A stretch of 64,000 nucleotides of DNA from Burkholderiales bacterium. Lineage in GTDB: Bacteria; Pseudomonadota; Gammaproteobacteria; Burkholderiales; Burkholderiaceae_C. Below are positions 18,143-26,061 of this stretch, one piece after another. Below the pieces are notes generated by a model. It ran no database searches. It saw only the letters and a list, made by a program, of their open reading frames with translations, and had not been told where the DNA came from. The translations under genes and the position numbers were made by a program. The stretch is from assembly GCA_026932235.1 (NCBI GenBank), contig JAIXKR010000162.1:115356-179355 (forward strand). The letters are read 5' to 3'. How positions within the stretch are numbered: the first letter of the stretch is position 1; the number at the start of each line of letters is the position of its first letter.

Positions 18143-19507
18143 TCAAGGCGTGCCGACCGCACCACCCCCAGCGAGCGGTGTCGGTGGCGGCACGAACGCA
18201 CGCAGGACGCGGTCGGACATCCAACCCAAAGCCATCAGATTGTTCGCCGCCGGGCCTTGCCGCGAGGCCACCATCGGCACGTGCAACCCAGCCGGAAAAG
18301 GCGCGGCGAGCCGCAAGGCATCGTCGATTGCGGCCATCACCGCCTCTTGGCGCGGCCGCGTCGCCATGTGGCTGGCGAGCGCTGGCGGCAACAGCGAAGC
18401 GAACCACCAGCGGTCGAAACCCCGCGCATCCACAAACACCGCACCGTCCTCCGGCCTGATCGCGGTCGATGGCGGCGCCCCGTCCGGCACCGTGGGCCGG
18501 ATGTCGATCTGCACCTCGGGGTAGAGACCGGCACCGCCGACCAAAGTGCGGAAGGCGACGGCGTCGGCGCAGGTGTAGGCCAAGTTGGCGCCATCGAGGT
18601 TCTCGAGCACATAGTTCCACACCACGCCGGTCGTCAGCCGCCGCACGAACTCGTCTCGTACGTGCGCCGGCAGGGCACCCCAGGCCGCATCGTCCGAGAA
18701 CAGGCGATCCTCGAAGTACCCGGGGTGGCGTGCATACAGCGTCGGCTCTCGCCCGATGATCACCACCGGCACCTCGATGCGCGCCCGCACAAACCAGTGC
18801 GCGATGGCGGCCGCCGTGCCGCCGGCGCCGATCAGCACCACCTTGCGCGTGTCGAGCGCCTCGGCCGCGAGGATCCTGCCGATCTCGTCCAGATCGGTCC
18901 AGAAGGTCACCCCGTCGAAGACCCGAGGGTTGCGCGCGTTCGATGCGTCGTACGCACCGGCCAACGGCCGCACCGGCGGGCCGCTGCCGGTGACGACCAC
19001 TGCATCGTGCGGATCGGTGTGCTGGCGTCCGATGGCGTCCTCCCAAGTCACCTCCCACCGGTGACTCGTAGCGTCGTGAGCCAGCCCGGTCACCGTGCCG
19101 TGCACGTGACCCGCGCCGCTGTTGCGGATCGCCCAGTCCAGGTAACGCGCAAAGTCGAGATGCGCTGGCGGCCGACGCCCGTGCAGCACCCATTGCTCGT
19201 AGTGCGCACGGCCGCTGGCAGCCTGCACGCCGAACGCCTGCCATGAGTAGCGCGCAAACATCGCCTCGGCCACGTCGGTGCCATACGCCCTGCCATACGG
19301 AAACCCCAGATCGCGTTCTGCCAGCGTGCACAGCGGCTGCAGGCCATCGGTGTACCCGTTTCCGCCGGTCCACGCCGCACCGAAAGCGGTGCGCTCGTAG
19401 ATGGTGACCTGCGGCACCGGATGCGGGCTGAGGCGCGACAGCACGTCGGCCTTGGCCGCGATCGCGGCGGCTTTGGGTCCTCCTCCGATCACGGCGATCG
19501 ATGCCAT
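18143..19507 (-). CDS. Flavin-dependent lysine/ornithine N-monooxygenase-like protein (MbtG/IucD family)
   Basis: IAVIGGGPKAAAIAAKA, W-x-GGNGYTDG...ERDLGFPY, VLIGAGGTAA, VDARGFD and QGPAANNLMALG; closely follows the MbtG pattern. Confidence 0.8.
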   Translation of the reverse strand: MASIAVIGGGPKAAAIAAKADVLSRLSPHPVPQVTIYERTAFGAAWTGGNGYTDGLQPLCTLAERDLGFPYGRAYGTDVAEAMFARYSWQAFGVQAASGRAHYEQWVLHGRRPPAHLDFARYLDWAIRNSGAGHVHGTVTGLAHDATSHRWEVTWEDAIGRQHTDPHDAVVVTGSGPPVRPLAGAYDASNARNPRVFDGVTFWTDLDEIGRILAAEALDTRKVVLIGAGGTAAAIAHWFVRARIEVPVVIIGREPTLYARHPGYFEDRLFSDDAAWGALPAHVRDEFVRRLTTGVVWNYVLENLDGANLAYTCADAVAFRTLVGGAGLYPEVQIDIRPTVPDGAPPSTAIRPEDGAVFVDARGFDRWWFASLLPPALASHMATRPRQEAVMAAIDDALRLAAPFPAGLHVPMVASRQGPAANNLMALGWMSDRVLRAFVPPPTPLAGGGAVGTP

Positions 19508-19792
19508 CCTGTCTTCCTCCCGATTCGAGACTCGAATGGTCGCACGGGGCGCGCACCTCAGCACCCCGTCGTAGCCGTCGATGCGCGAAACTCGACAGGC
19601 CAGGCCATGCGCAATGGGTCGCCTCGGTAGCTGCTGCACGTGGCGGGTGCGCCCAAACCCTTTGTCGCTGCAACGCCGGGACATCGCTCTACGTTTGTCT
19701 GCCAACGACTTGGTGCCGGCGCCCGAGATGCTGAACGTGCATACTTCGGCGGTACGCGAGGGCGCGCAAACCTCCAGGGAGTCGATGTGGCC

Positions 19793-20083
19793 ATGTACCA
19801 GGTGACTGGCGATCTCGCCGAAGTGAAGGCGCTGCTTGCGGACGCGCTGACCGACCAGGAACTGGCGGCGCTGCAAATCGAAGAGAAGTCCGCGGCCAAT
19901 CCAATGGCACCGCATCCCCGCCGCGCTGAGCCGCTCAGCACCACCGTGCTGGTTTGGATCGGCGGCGCAGTCGCCACCGGCATGGCCTATGACGTCGTCA
20001 AGGCGCTGTCGGTCAAGATCTGGCAAGTCCTCGAAGCGCGCTACGGCGCGGACAAGGTCAAGAAGGATGAGTCCGGCGGGTAG
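19793..20083 (+). CDS. Small protein with one hydrophobic helix (effector-associated, EACC1-like by inference)
   Basis: 96 aa; TTVLVWIGGAVATGMAYDVVKALSVKIW; overlaps the downstream peptidase gene. Confidence 0.65.
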   Translation: MYQVTGDLAEVKALLADALTDQELAALQIEEKSAANPMAPHPRRAEPLSTTVLVWIGGAVATGMAYDVVKALSVKIWQVLEARYGADKVKKDESGG

Positions 20084-21644
20084 CTGGCTGTTCCCGCGAC
20101 CCCACGCCACGCCCGACGACGACGCAGCCTACTGGCCCGACACCTGCTTCACCGTCGTCCCGGACGCGCGCTGGACCGACAGTGAACTCGCCGCGATGGA
20201 GAGCGGGAACAGGTACCTGCCTGCCGACTTTCTGGAGTACGCGGCGTTGGTCGGGCACGAGCAAACGCATTGGATCCAGGCCAACGCCTTTGCCTACGGA
20301 CGGTTCCTGGCGCGCATTGACCATGCGCGCTCGGAGATCGCCGAGTCGTTCATTGGCTTGTTCACGCCCGAGCAGGTCGACCTTCTGACTCGTAGGCGCC
20401 TGCGTGGCGACACGGTGCTGAAGCTGGACGCGCGGCAGCGGGCCTTGCGCCGTCCCGAGTTCGGCCCGATCGGAGTCGTGCTGCAGCGGCACTGGTGGAG
20501 CCTGGGGCTGCTGCGCCACGAGTTCGAGAGTTCGGACCGCGCACTCGCTTGCCTCGAACCCTCCGCATACCGATACGGCCTGGCAGTGCTTTACGCGCTC
20601 GCCGGCCCGTTCGTCAGTCAGGTTGCAATGCTGCCGAGGCCGCAGCTTCGCGAGGCGGCGATGGACCACGCACCGATCGGCAGCTACTCACGCGCACTGG
20701 CACGCTGTGCCTACCCGGAACTGTCCAGCGTCGCGATCGCAGAGTGCGGCGCCGTGCTCAATCAGCACTGGTCCTATGCCCACGCCGCGGCGTCGTTTCG
20801 CCGCCGCGGCGACGTCGCCGCGGCTGACCGCATTCGGCAGATCCACGTCAGCTCGTGGGAGTCGAAGGAGCCGACGGAGTACGGCAATGCGTTTCGGGCC
20901 TTTGCTCACTACTGTCCGCAGTTTGACCTCAATGCAGCGCGCCCGCTGCTGACGCTCGGCATCGCCTGCTGTCTGGCGATGGATGGCAACTTCGCACCCG
21001 AGTCGAACGAACGCCGCCCGACATGGCTGGACGTGGCGCCGCCCTTGCGTTTCCTGCGCTTGCTGCGGGCCGTGCGTCGGGTCGGCGTCGTCCCGGCCGA
21101 TGTGCTTTGCGACTTGACCGCTTCGAGAACCCGTGCCTACTGCGATGATCTGATGAGAGCGGCCGGCCTGCCCGAGATGGCTCGACGGAAGTTGCAACAC
21201 CCGGCGCAGCGCCATGAGCCTTCGCCGATCAACTCGCTGCGCAGCCTGCTGCATGACGCCCACGTCGAGTCCGTCAAGCTGCGCCGAGTGTTGCCTGCCG
21301 CGCTGCTGGCCCCGGCGGAGACGGCCGTGCATCGTGCGGACGAGCTGGTGGACGGCCCGCTCAAGACCCACGACCTGGGCCGCTTGCCGCCGATGCTCAG
21401 CGTTGGCGGGCACGCGGTGCCTGTCGGCATCACTCCAGCGCGCTTTGCAGAGTGCGCTACTGCGGGTGCCTACCAGCGACTGCTGTGGCAACTGATCGGC
21501 GACACCCGTGCGATGAGCTTCGACGGCCTTCCCACGGACCGGACCGGTGTGGCAGCCGCACAGCGGGCTGTCAGTTTGCTCGGGGACCGTACCGAGCGGC
21601 CAGTGGCCATGGACATTGGAAACACTGCCCCCCAGCCTCTCTGA
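20067..21644 (+). CDS. Putative HExxH zinc metallopeptidase
   Basis: ALVGHEQTHWIQ plus a downstream IAE candidate third ligand; 525 aa; AAGAAGG upstream of the ATG. Confidence 0.65.
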   Translation: MSPAGSWLFPRPHATPDDDAAYWPDTCFTVVPDARWTDSELAAMESGNRYLPADFLEYAALVGHEQTHWIQANAFAYGRFLARIDHARSEIAESFIGLFTPEQVDLLTRRRLRGDTVLKLDARQRALRRPEFGPIGVVLQRHWWSLGLLRHEFESSDRALACLEPSAYRYGLAVLYALAGPFVSQVAMLPRPQLREAAMDHAPIGSYSRALARCAYPELSSVAIAECGAVLNQHWSYAHAAASFRRRGDVAAADRIRQIHVSSWESKEPTEYGNAFRAFAHYCPQFDLNAARPLLTLGIACCLAMDGNFAPESNERRPTWLDVAPPLRFLRLLRAVRRVGVVPADVLCDLTASRTRAYCDDLMRAAGLPEMARRKLQHPAQRHEPSPINSLRSLLHDAHVESVKLRRVLPAALLAPAETAVHRADELVDGPLKTHDLGRLPPMLSVGGHAVPVGITPARFAECATAGAYQRLLWQLIGDTRAMSFDGLPTDRTGVAAAQRAVSLLGDRTERPVAMDIGNTAPQPL

Positions 21645-21899
21645 TCGCTGGACGGCTGGGCGCCATCGCGGCTGCAAAGCCGCATCTGGGACTTCCCAAA
21701 GCCTTCGATCTGTTCATCGCGGCGCGCGCCGATGTCGAGGCGCAAATGCCCAGAACAGCAGCCTGACTTCCTGACGGTAGAACTCGGGACGTGCGCGATG
21801 CCATTGGTGTAGATCGTCGAGAACTGGATCTCGAACGCCATCCAGTACACCCCGGTTACTGGCCCTCGCCCCTCCGGTGACCAACCCCTTGGCCTGCTG

Positions 21900-22481
21900 T
21901 CAGGCCGGTGCGACCAGCAGCGCTTCGCGAACCGCGCGCACCAGCAGGGCTCGACGCGGCGACCGCCGCAGCGCAAGCGACACCTCCAACTGCGCGCCAG
22001 CCCCGCCGCGCCCCCGGTTGCAGACGTTCATGGGATCCGCCGCGTCCAGTCCGGGCGGCGCGGTTTCGCTTTCGACACCGAGACCGCGCAGGCGCGCGCC
22101 GATCGACTCCCGCAGGACGACATCCCGTCCACCCAGCAGCACGATCTCGCCCGCATGGCCGCAACCATGCACGCTGACCACGGACCGGCATGCGCTCAGC
22201 AAGCTCAGGCAGTCTGGCTCGTCGAACAAGTGGCTCGACAGGTGCAGCGCGGCGAAGTTGCCGGCCTTCAGCAGCCCTTCGAACAGATAGAGGTTGAAGT
22301 CCCGGCCGGCGATGTCACGGGCGATATCCGAGGTGTGCGCTTCGATGCTGCCACCATGTGGCGCCAGGATCGCCACCTCCGATTCGGGCCGTAGCAAGCG
22401 CACGATGCGGTAGTCGCGGTCGCGCTCGTAGGCGGCGGCCAGGTCGGCGAATGAGCGAAAGTTCTTGGCGAGCTTGACCAT
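21900..22481 (-). CDS. Poly-gamma-glutamate hydrolase family protein (PghP/DUF867)
   Basis: APHGGSIE, YLFEG, LHLSSHLFDEP, VSVHG and NVCNRG...GAQLE motifs. Confidence 0.85.
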   Translation of the reverse strand: MVKLAKNFRSFADLAAAYERDRDYRIVRLLRPESEVAILAPHGGSIEAHTSDIARDIAGRDFNLYLFEGLLKAGNFAALHLSSHLFDEPDCLSLLSACRSVVSVHGCGHAGEIVLLGGRDVVLRESIGARLRGLGVESETAPPGLDAADPMNVCNRGRGGAGAQLEVSLALRRSPRRALLVRAVREALLVAPA

Positions 22482-22972
22482 TGACTCCATTGTCGCGGAC
22501 GGGGCCCACTGATTCCGCCACGTGATGGCAACGACGAAGGCGGGCCGTTGCGCGTGGCGGTCGCCGAAGGTCGCAACGATGTTCTTGTCGGGACGACGTG
22601 TCCGGTCAACACTGACCACGCTACCTGTGGGCATCGTGCCTGCAAAGCCTTCACCGCAGCCTCGGCCGCGCTGAAGTCCAGCCTCGCTGGCGTCGCGGTC
22701 GTTACCCGCCCTCGAGCGCCAGGCTTTGCCTGGTCAGGCCGCTCCATGCGGCCCGTCAACGGCTCCCGCCACCGTGCGGGCGCCGGAGTGGATGAAGCTG
22801 CCGACGTGCTGGCTTCACCAGCGCCGGCATGCGTTGCGCAAGCAGCGTCATGTCTGGCACCGAGCAAGGCCCCGATCGAAAGACCGCGGGCCTTCTTTTC
22901 ATGGCCAACCACATCCCGCTCTGGGACCGTGGCTTGCCATCCAGTCGCTTCGACCCACCCGGGCCGAAGCAT

Positions 22973-23039
22973 CCCAGACGGGGAACCATGTTCCCCGACG
23001 GGAGCGGCGTTCCCCTCCGCTTCACGAAGGAGAACTGCC
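22973..23039 (+). ncRNA. radC-motif-like structured leader (copy B)
   Basis: CCCAGACGGGGAAC-cat-GTTCCCCG-ac-GGG, then GCGGCGTTCCCC, then a GAAGGAG RBS. Confidence 0.55.
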
Positions 23040-23168
23040 ATGTGTGCAAGTCAAGCAACGAGAGCACCACGGCCCGTCGGCGTGCTGCTCGGAGGGTCGG
23101 GACGCGTTCGCGCGCCGGTCCCACAACCACCGCGCCTGGCCGCCCTGCTGCGTCCTGCTGCGGCGTGA
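23040..23168 (+). CDS. Putative 42-aa peptide
   Basis: Strong GAAGGAG RBS after the leader; MCASQATRAPRPVGVLLGGSGRV... Confidence 0.35.
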   Translation: MCASQATRAPRPVGVLLGGSGRVRAPVPQPPRLAALLRPAAA

Positions 23169-23347
23169 GAGTGCATTCGTCGGCGAGTCGCCTGGTCACA
23201 CGGCCAGACACTCGCCCGACGAGGCCAATGGTTCGCTTTCCGCGCACCACCACCAACGATGCCGACTTGTCGGCGATCTTCCAACCAGGGGAGCCAACCG
23301 TCTCCCCTCGGAGTGCCGGTGCGCTCGCCGACCAAGGAGTCCGCCCC

Positions 23348-23845
23348 ATGTTGAACGACAGACCCTACCCGGCTCCGCGCAAGGTGAAGCGCTCGGCCGT
23401 GGAGATCGAAGAAGAGCGCGCCTGGGTCCGCTTCTACCGGCAGGTCGGACAAGCCGACATCGCTGCCGAGGTGCTGGCCCAGCTCGATGCCGACGCGCAG
23501 GCTCGGCACGACCACCTCGCGCTGTACCTGAGCTGCCGCGAATCGCTGCGCGCGCACAAGGCACGGACGCAGCGCAACAAGCGGATCGGGCAGTTCGTCC
23601 GGCAGCTTGGCTGCGTGCTCGTCGTCGAGCCGATTCGTGCGCTGCGGCTGAAGACCTCACGCGCGATGGATGTGCTCGTCGAGTGCCTGCCCGAGATGCG
23701 TCGCGAACCCGCGGCGGCGAAGGTGCGGCAGCTCCGGCGCGACGCCGACGTTGCCCAGGCCCATGCCGCTTTCGACCCCAAGGCCCCGCCGCCGTCCGCG
23801 TCGGATACCACCACGCCGACGCCCGTTGCGGCGCGCACCGCCTGA
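23348..23845 (+). CDS. Hypothetical protein
   Basis: AAGGAG RBS; MLNDRPYPAPRKVKRSAVEIEEERAWVRFY...; followed by a hairpin. Confidence 0.7.
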   Translation: MLNDRPYPAPRKVKRSAVEIEEERAWVRFYRQVGQADIAAEVLAQLDADAQARHDHLALYLSCRESLRAHKARTQRNKRIGQFVRQLGCVLVVEPIRALRLKTSRAMDVLVECLPEMRREPAAAKVRQLRRDADVAQAHAAFDPKAPPPSASDTTTPTPVAARTA

Positions 23846-23856
23846 CGCCACCCCTC

Positions 23857-23892
23857 GCCCCGAAGCCCTCGTGCTTCGGGGCTTCCTTTCTT
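23857..23892 (+). terminator. Intrinsic terminator-like hairpin
   Basis: GCCCCGAAGC / GCTTCGGGGC then TTCCTTTCTT. Confidence 0.65.
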
Positions 23893-24107
23893 CACGCCGC
23901 GACTTCGAGCCGGGCACGCTCCTGGTCGATCAGCCAGTGCAGGAACTGCGTGTCGCGCGAGCGGCCCCAGTAGTGCGCCTTGCAGCGAGCCACATAGGCG
24001 TCCAAGTCCGCCGCCGTGTGGATGTTCACCGGCTCGATGTCGGTGAGCCGGAACAGGCGCTCGGCTTCGGGCCGGGTGAGGCGGATGTGGGTTCCAAGGC
24101 GGATCAT
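23892..24107 (-). CDS. Small hypothetical protein (71 aa)
   Basis: MIRLGTHIRLTRPEAERLFRLTDIEP...HYWGRSRDTQFLHWLIDQE; protein-like composition. Confidence 0.6.
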   Translation of the reverse strand: MIRLGTHIRLTRPEAERLFRLTDIEPVNIHTAADLDAYVARCKAHYWGRSRDTQFLHWLIDQERARLEVAA

Positions 24108-24478
24108 GGTGGGCGCGCAAACGAGGGTCTCGTTGCCATGCTCGCGCCGAGCGGCACCCCTGTGCAAGCGCAAAACAGGCCGCGGCGAAACATTCTTCGC
24201 CGGCTCGACTCCAGTCGCATCACGCTGCGATTCGAGTCGCACCCACAGGGCGCCGCGTTGCGGGCACGCGACGGGACACCGGCACTGGCGCCACGCAGAA
24301 CCCCCCCTTTCCGGCGGCCCGCTCGGATGGCGCTCGCCTCGCCACGGTGTCCGCCGAGCGCCACCCCGACGACACTGACGCGGCACTCGATCGTGAGATC
24401 AAGCCCTCCCACCGGAGGTCCTGGCCCGGCCAGGCGTAGCAGTCGTCACCTGCCCCCTTCGGCGCCCTCGCGGCGCCA

Positions 24479-24552
24479 CCCGCTCGGGAACCCGTTCCCG
24501 GCTGGGCGCGGCGTTCCCGTTCGTCCTTTCGATGAACCCCATGGAGAACGCC
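24479..24552 (+). ncRNA. radC-motif-like structured leader (copy C), directly upstream of radC
   Basis: CCCGCTCGGGAAC-cc-GTTCCCG-gct-GGG, then CGCGGCGTTCCCG, then the RBS. Confidence 0.6.
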
Positions 24553-25152
24553 ATGCAGAACCTTGCTGCCTTGTCGCGCGCCGAACTGATCGGCGCCTTG
24601 CTCGCCCCCGTCCTGCCCAAGGACCATCCGCATGCGGACCAGGTCAACGACCTTGAGTCCGCCTACTTCGGTGCCGCTGCCGTCGCCACCGAGGCCCGCG
24701 ACACCCTGCTCGACCACAAGCTCGGCGTCGCCCGTGAATTGCTGATGCGTGACCTGCGCGCGCAGCTGAGCGCCGGCCCGGTGATGAACTCGCCGCAGGC
24801 CCTGCGCGACTGGCTGCGCCTGCACTGCGCCGGGCTGCAGCACGAGGTCTTCATCGTGCTGTTTCTCGATGCGCAGAACCGCCTGCTCAGTGCCGTGGAG
24901 ATGTTCCGCGGCACGCTGACACAGACCTCGGTCTACCCGCGCGAGATCGTCAAGAGCGCATTGGAGCGCAACGCCGCCGCGGTGGCGCTGGCACACAACC
25001 ACCCGAGTGGCTCGGCCGAGCCGAGCCGTGCCGACGAGTTCCTGACGCAGAACCTCAAGTCGGCGCTGGCACTGGTCGACGTCCGGGTCCTCGACCATTT
25101 CGTGGTGGCCGGCGACCAGTGTGCTTCGTTCGCCGAACGCGGCCTGATCTGA
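24553..25152 (+). CDS. radC: RadC/JAB-domain protein
   Basis: [33 protein letters not shown] and VLDHFVV motifs. Confidence 0.92.
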   Translation: MQNLAALSRAELIGALLAPVLPKDHPHADQVNDLESAYFGAAAVATEARDTLLDHKLGVARELLMRDLRAQLSAGPVMNSPQALRDWLRLHCAGLQHEVFIVLFLDAQNRLLSAVEMFRGTLTQTSVYPREIVKSALERNAAAVALAHNHPSGSAEPSRADEFLTQNLKSALALVDVRVLDHFVVAGDQCASFAERGLI

Positions 25153-25178
25153 CCCGCGGCAGCCGCCGCCATCCACAA

Positions 25179-25240
25179 CCCCGAATGGGCGACACGCCCT
25201 CGCGGGCGCGCGCCCCTTCCGAGATTGAAGGAGCAACACC
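25179..25240 (+). ncRNA. radC-motif-like structured leader (copy D)
   Basis: CCCCGAATGGGCG-aca-CGCCCTCGCGGG, then CGCGCGCCCCTTC, then a GAAGGAG RBS. Confidence 0.5.
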
Positions 25241-25420
25241 ATGTTCACCGGCACATCGCCGCAATCGCCCACTTGCCCGGTCTGCCCGGGCCGGGGCACG
25301 CCTCTCGGCCAACTCGGCCGCCTGCGCTGGTACCGCTGCCGCGATTGCGGCATCGACTTCAACCGGCGTGCGAAAGCGCCGCCGAGCCCGTCCCCGCGGC
25401 CGGCCGGGAGAGCGTCATGA
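25241..25420 (+). CDS. Small zinc-ribbon protein (59 aa)
   Basis: Below the ORF-track cutoff; GAAGGAG RBS; CPVC...LGQLGRLRWYRCRDCG; ATGA overlap with the next gene. Confidence 0.7.
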   Translation: MFTGTSPQSPTCPVCPGRGTPLGQLGRLRWYRCRDCGIDFNRRAKAPPSPSPRPAGRAS

Positions 25421-25725
25421 GCGAGCTTGTTCTGACCCGTCTGCGCGAACTCTCGGAGTCCCTCGTCGCGCTGTCGACCGCGCACCTCTCACCGGCCACG
25501 CGCCAACTTCTGCAGGAGGACCAGTTGTCCGTGAACGCCTATCCCACGCTGACCGGCGGCTTCGTCTACGTCGGCGCGCCGCGCTACGACACGCCGCTGG
25601 AAGCCGACCTCGCACACCTGTTCGAGCTGGCCGAGAGCGCGGGAATCGTCTGGCTCAAGTTCGACGTGCATGGCGCCACGGTTGAAGGGATCGAACGATT
25701 CGAAGAACCAGGAGCACAGACATGA
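25417..25725 (+). CDS. DUF5983-like small protein
   Basis: LSTAHL...GGFVYV...WLKFD pattern; ATGA couplings on both sides. Confidence 0.65.
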   Translation: MSELVLTRLRELSESLVALSTAHLSPATRQLLQEDQLSVNAYPTLTGGFVYVGAPRYDTPLEADLAHLFELAESAGIVWLKFDVHGATVEGIERFEEPGAQT

Positions 25726-26045
25726 GCCGGCACCATCTGCGCACGGCCCGGGGTGCGAGCCCGGTACTCGTCGTAGTGGGCTATGACCGGCCGCTGAACG
25801 AGTTCTTCCTGCAACTCTGGGACGACGGCCCGGAGGCTGAAGCCGACGAGCCCGCCTACAGCAGCCTGGATGAGCCGGCGGCCGACTGGCGCGACATCGC
25901 CACGGTGGTTCGGCGACTCGAGGACCTCGACGTCGCGGTGCCGCGCTCGATGATCGATGCCGTCGTCGCCGACAGCGTCCGTCGCGCCGGCAACCGGATC
26001 GTGGAGCACACGCTCGACGGGCGAGTGACGGAACTATCGGCCTGA
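25722..26045 (+). CDS. Hypothetical protein
   Basis: VVVGYDRPLNEFFLQLW; coupled to the previous gene. Confidence 0.7.
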   Translation: MSRHHLRTARGASPVLVVVGYDRPLNEFFLQLWDDGPEAEADEPAYSSLDEPAADWRDIATVVRRLEDLDVAVPRSMIDAVVADSVRRAGNRIVEHTLDGRVTELSA

Positions 26046-26061
26046 CGCCGGCGGTGACCGA

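Noticed and set aside
21645-21899. Possible small ORF or gene remnant between the peptidase and the hydrolase
   Set aside because: Several frames look partly protein-like, but none has a convincing start or motif.
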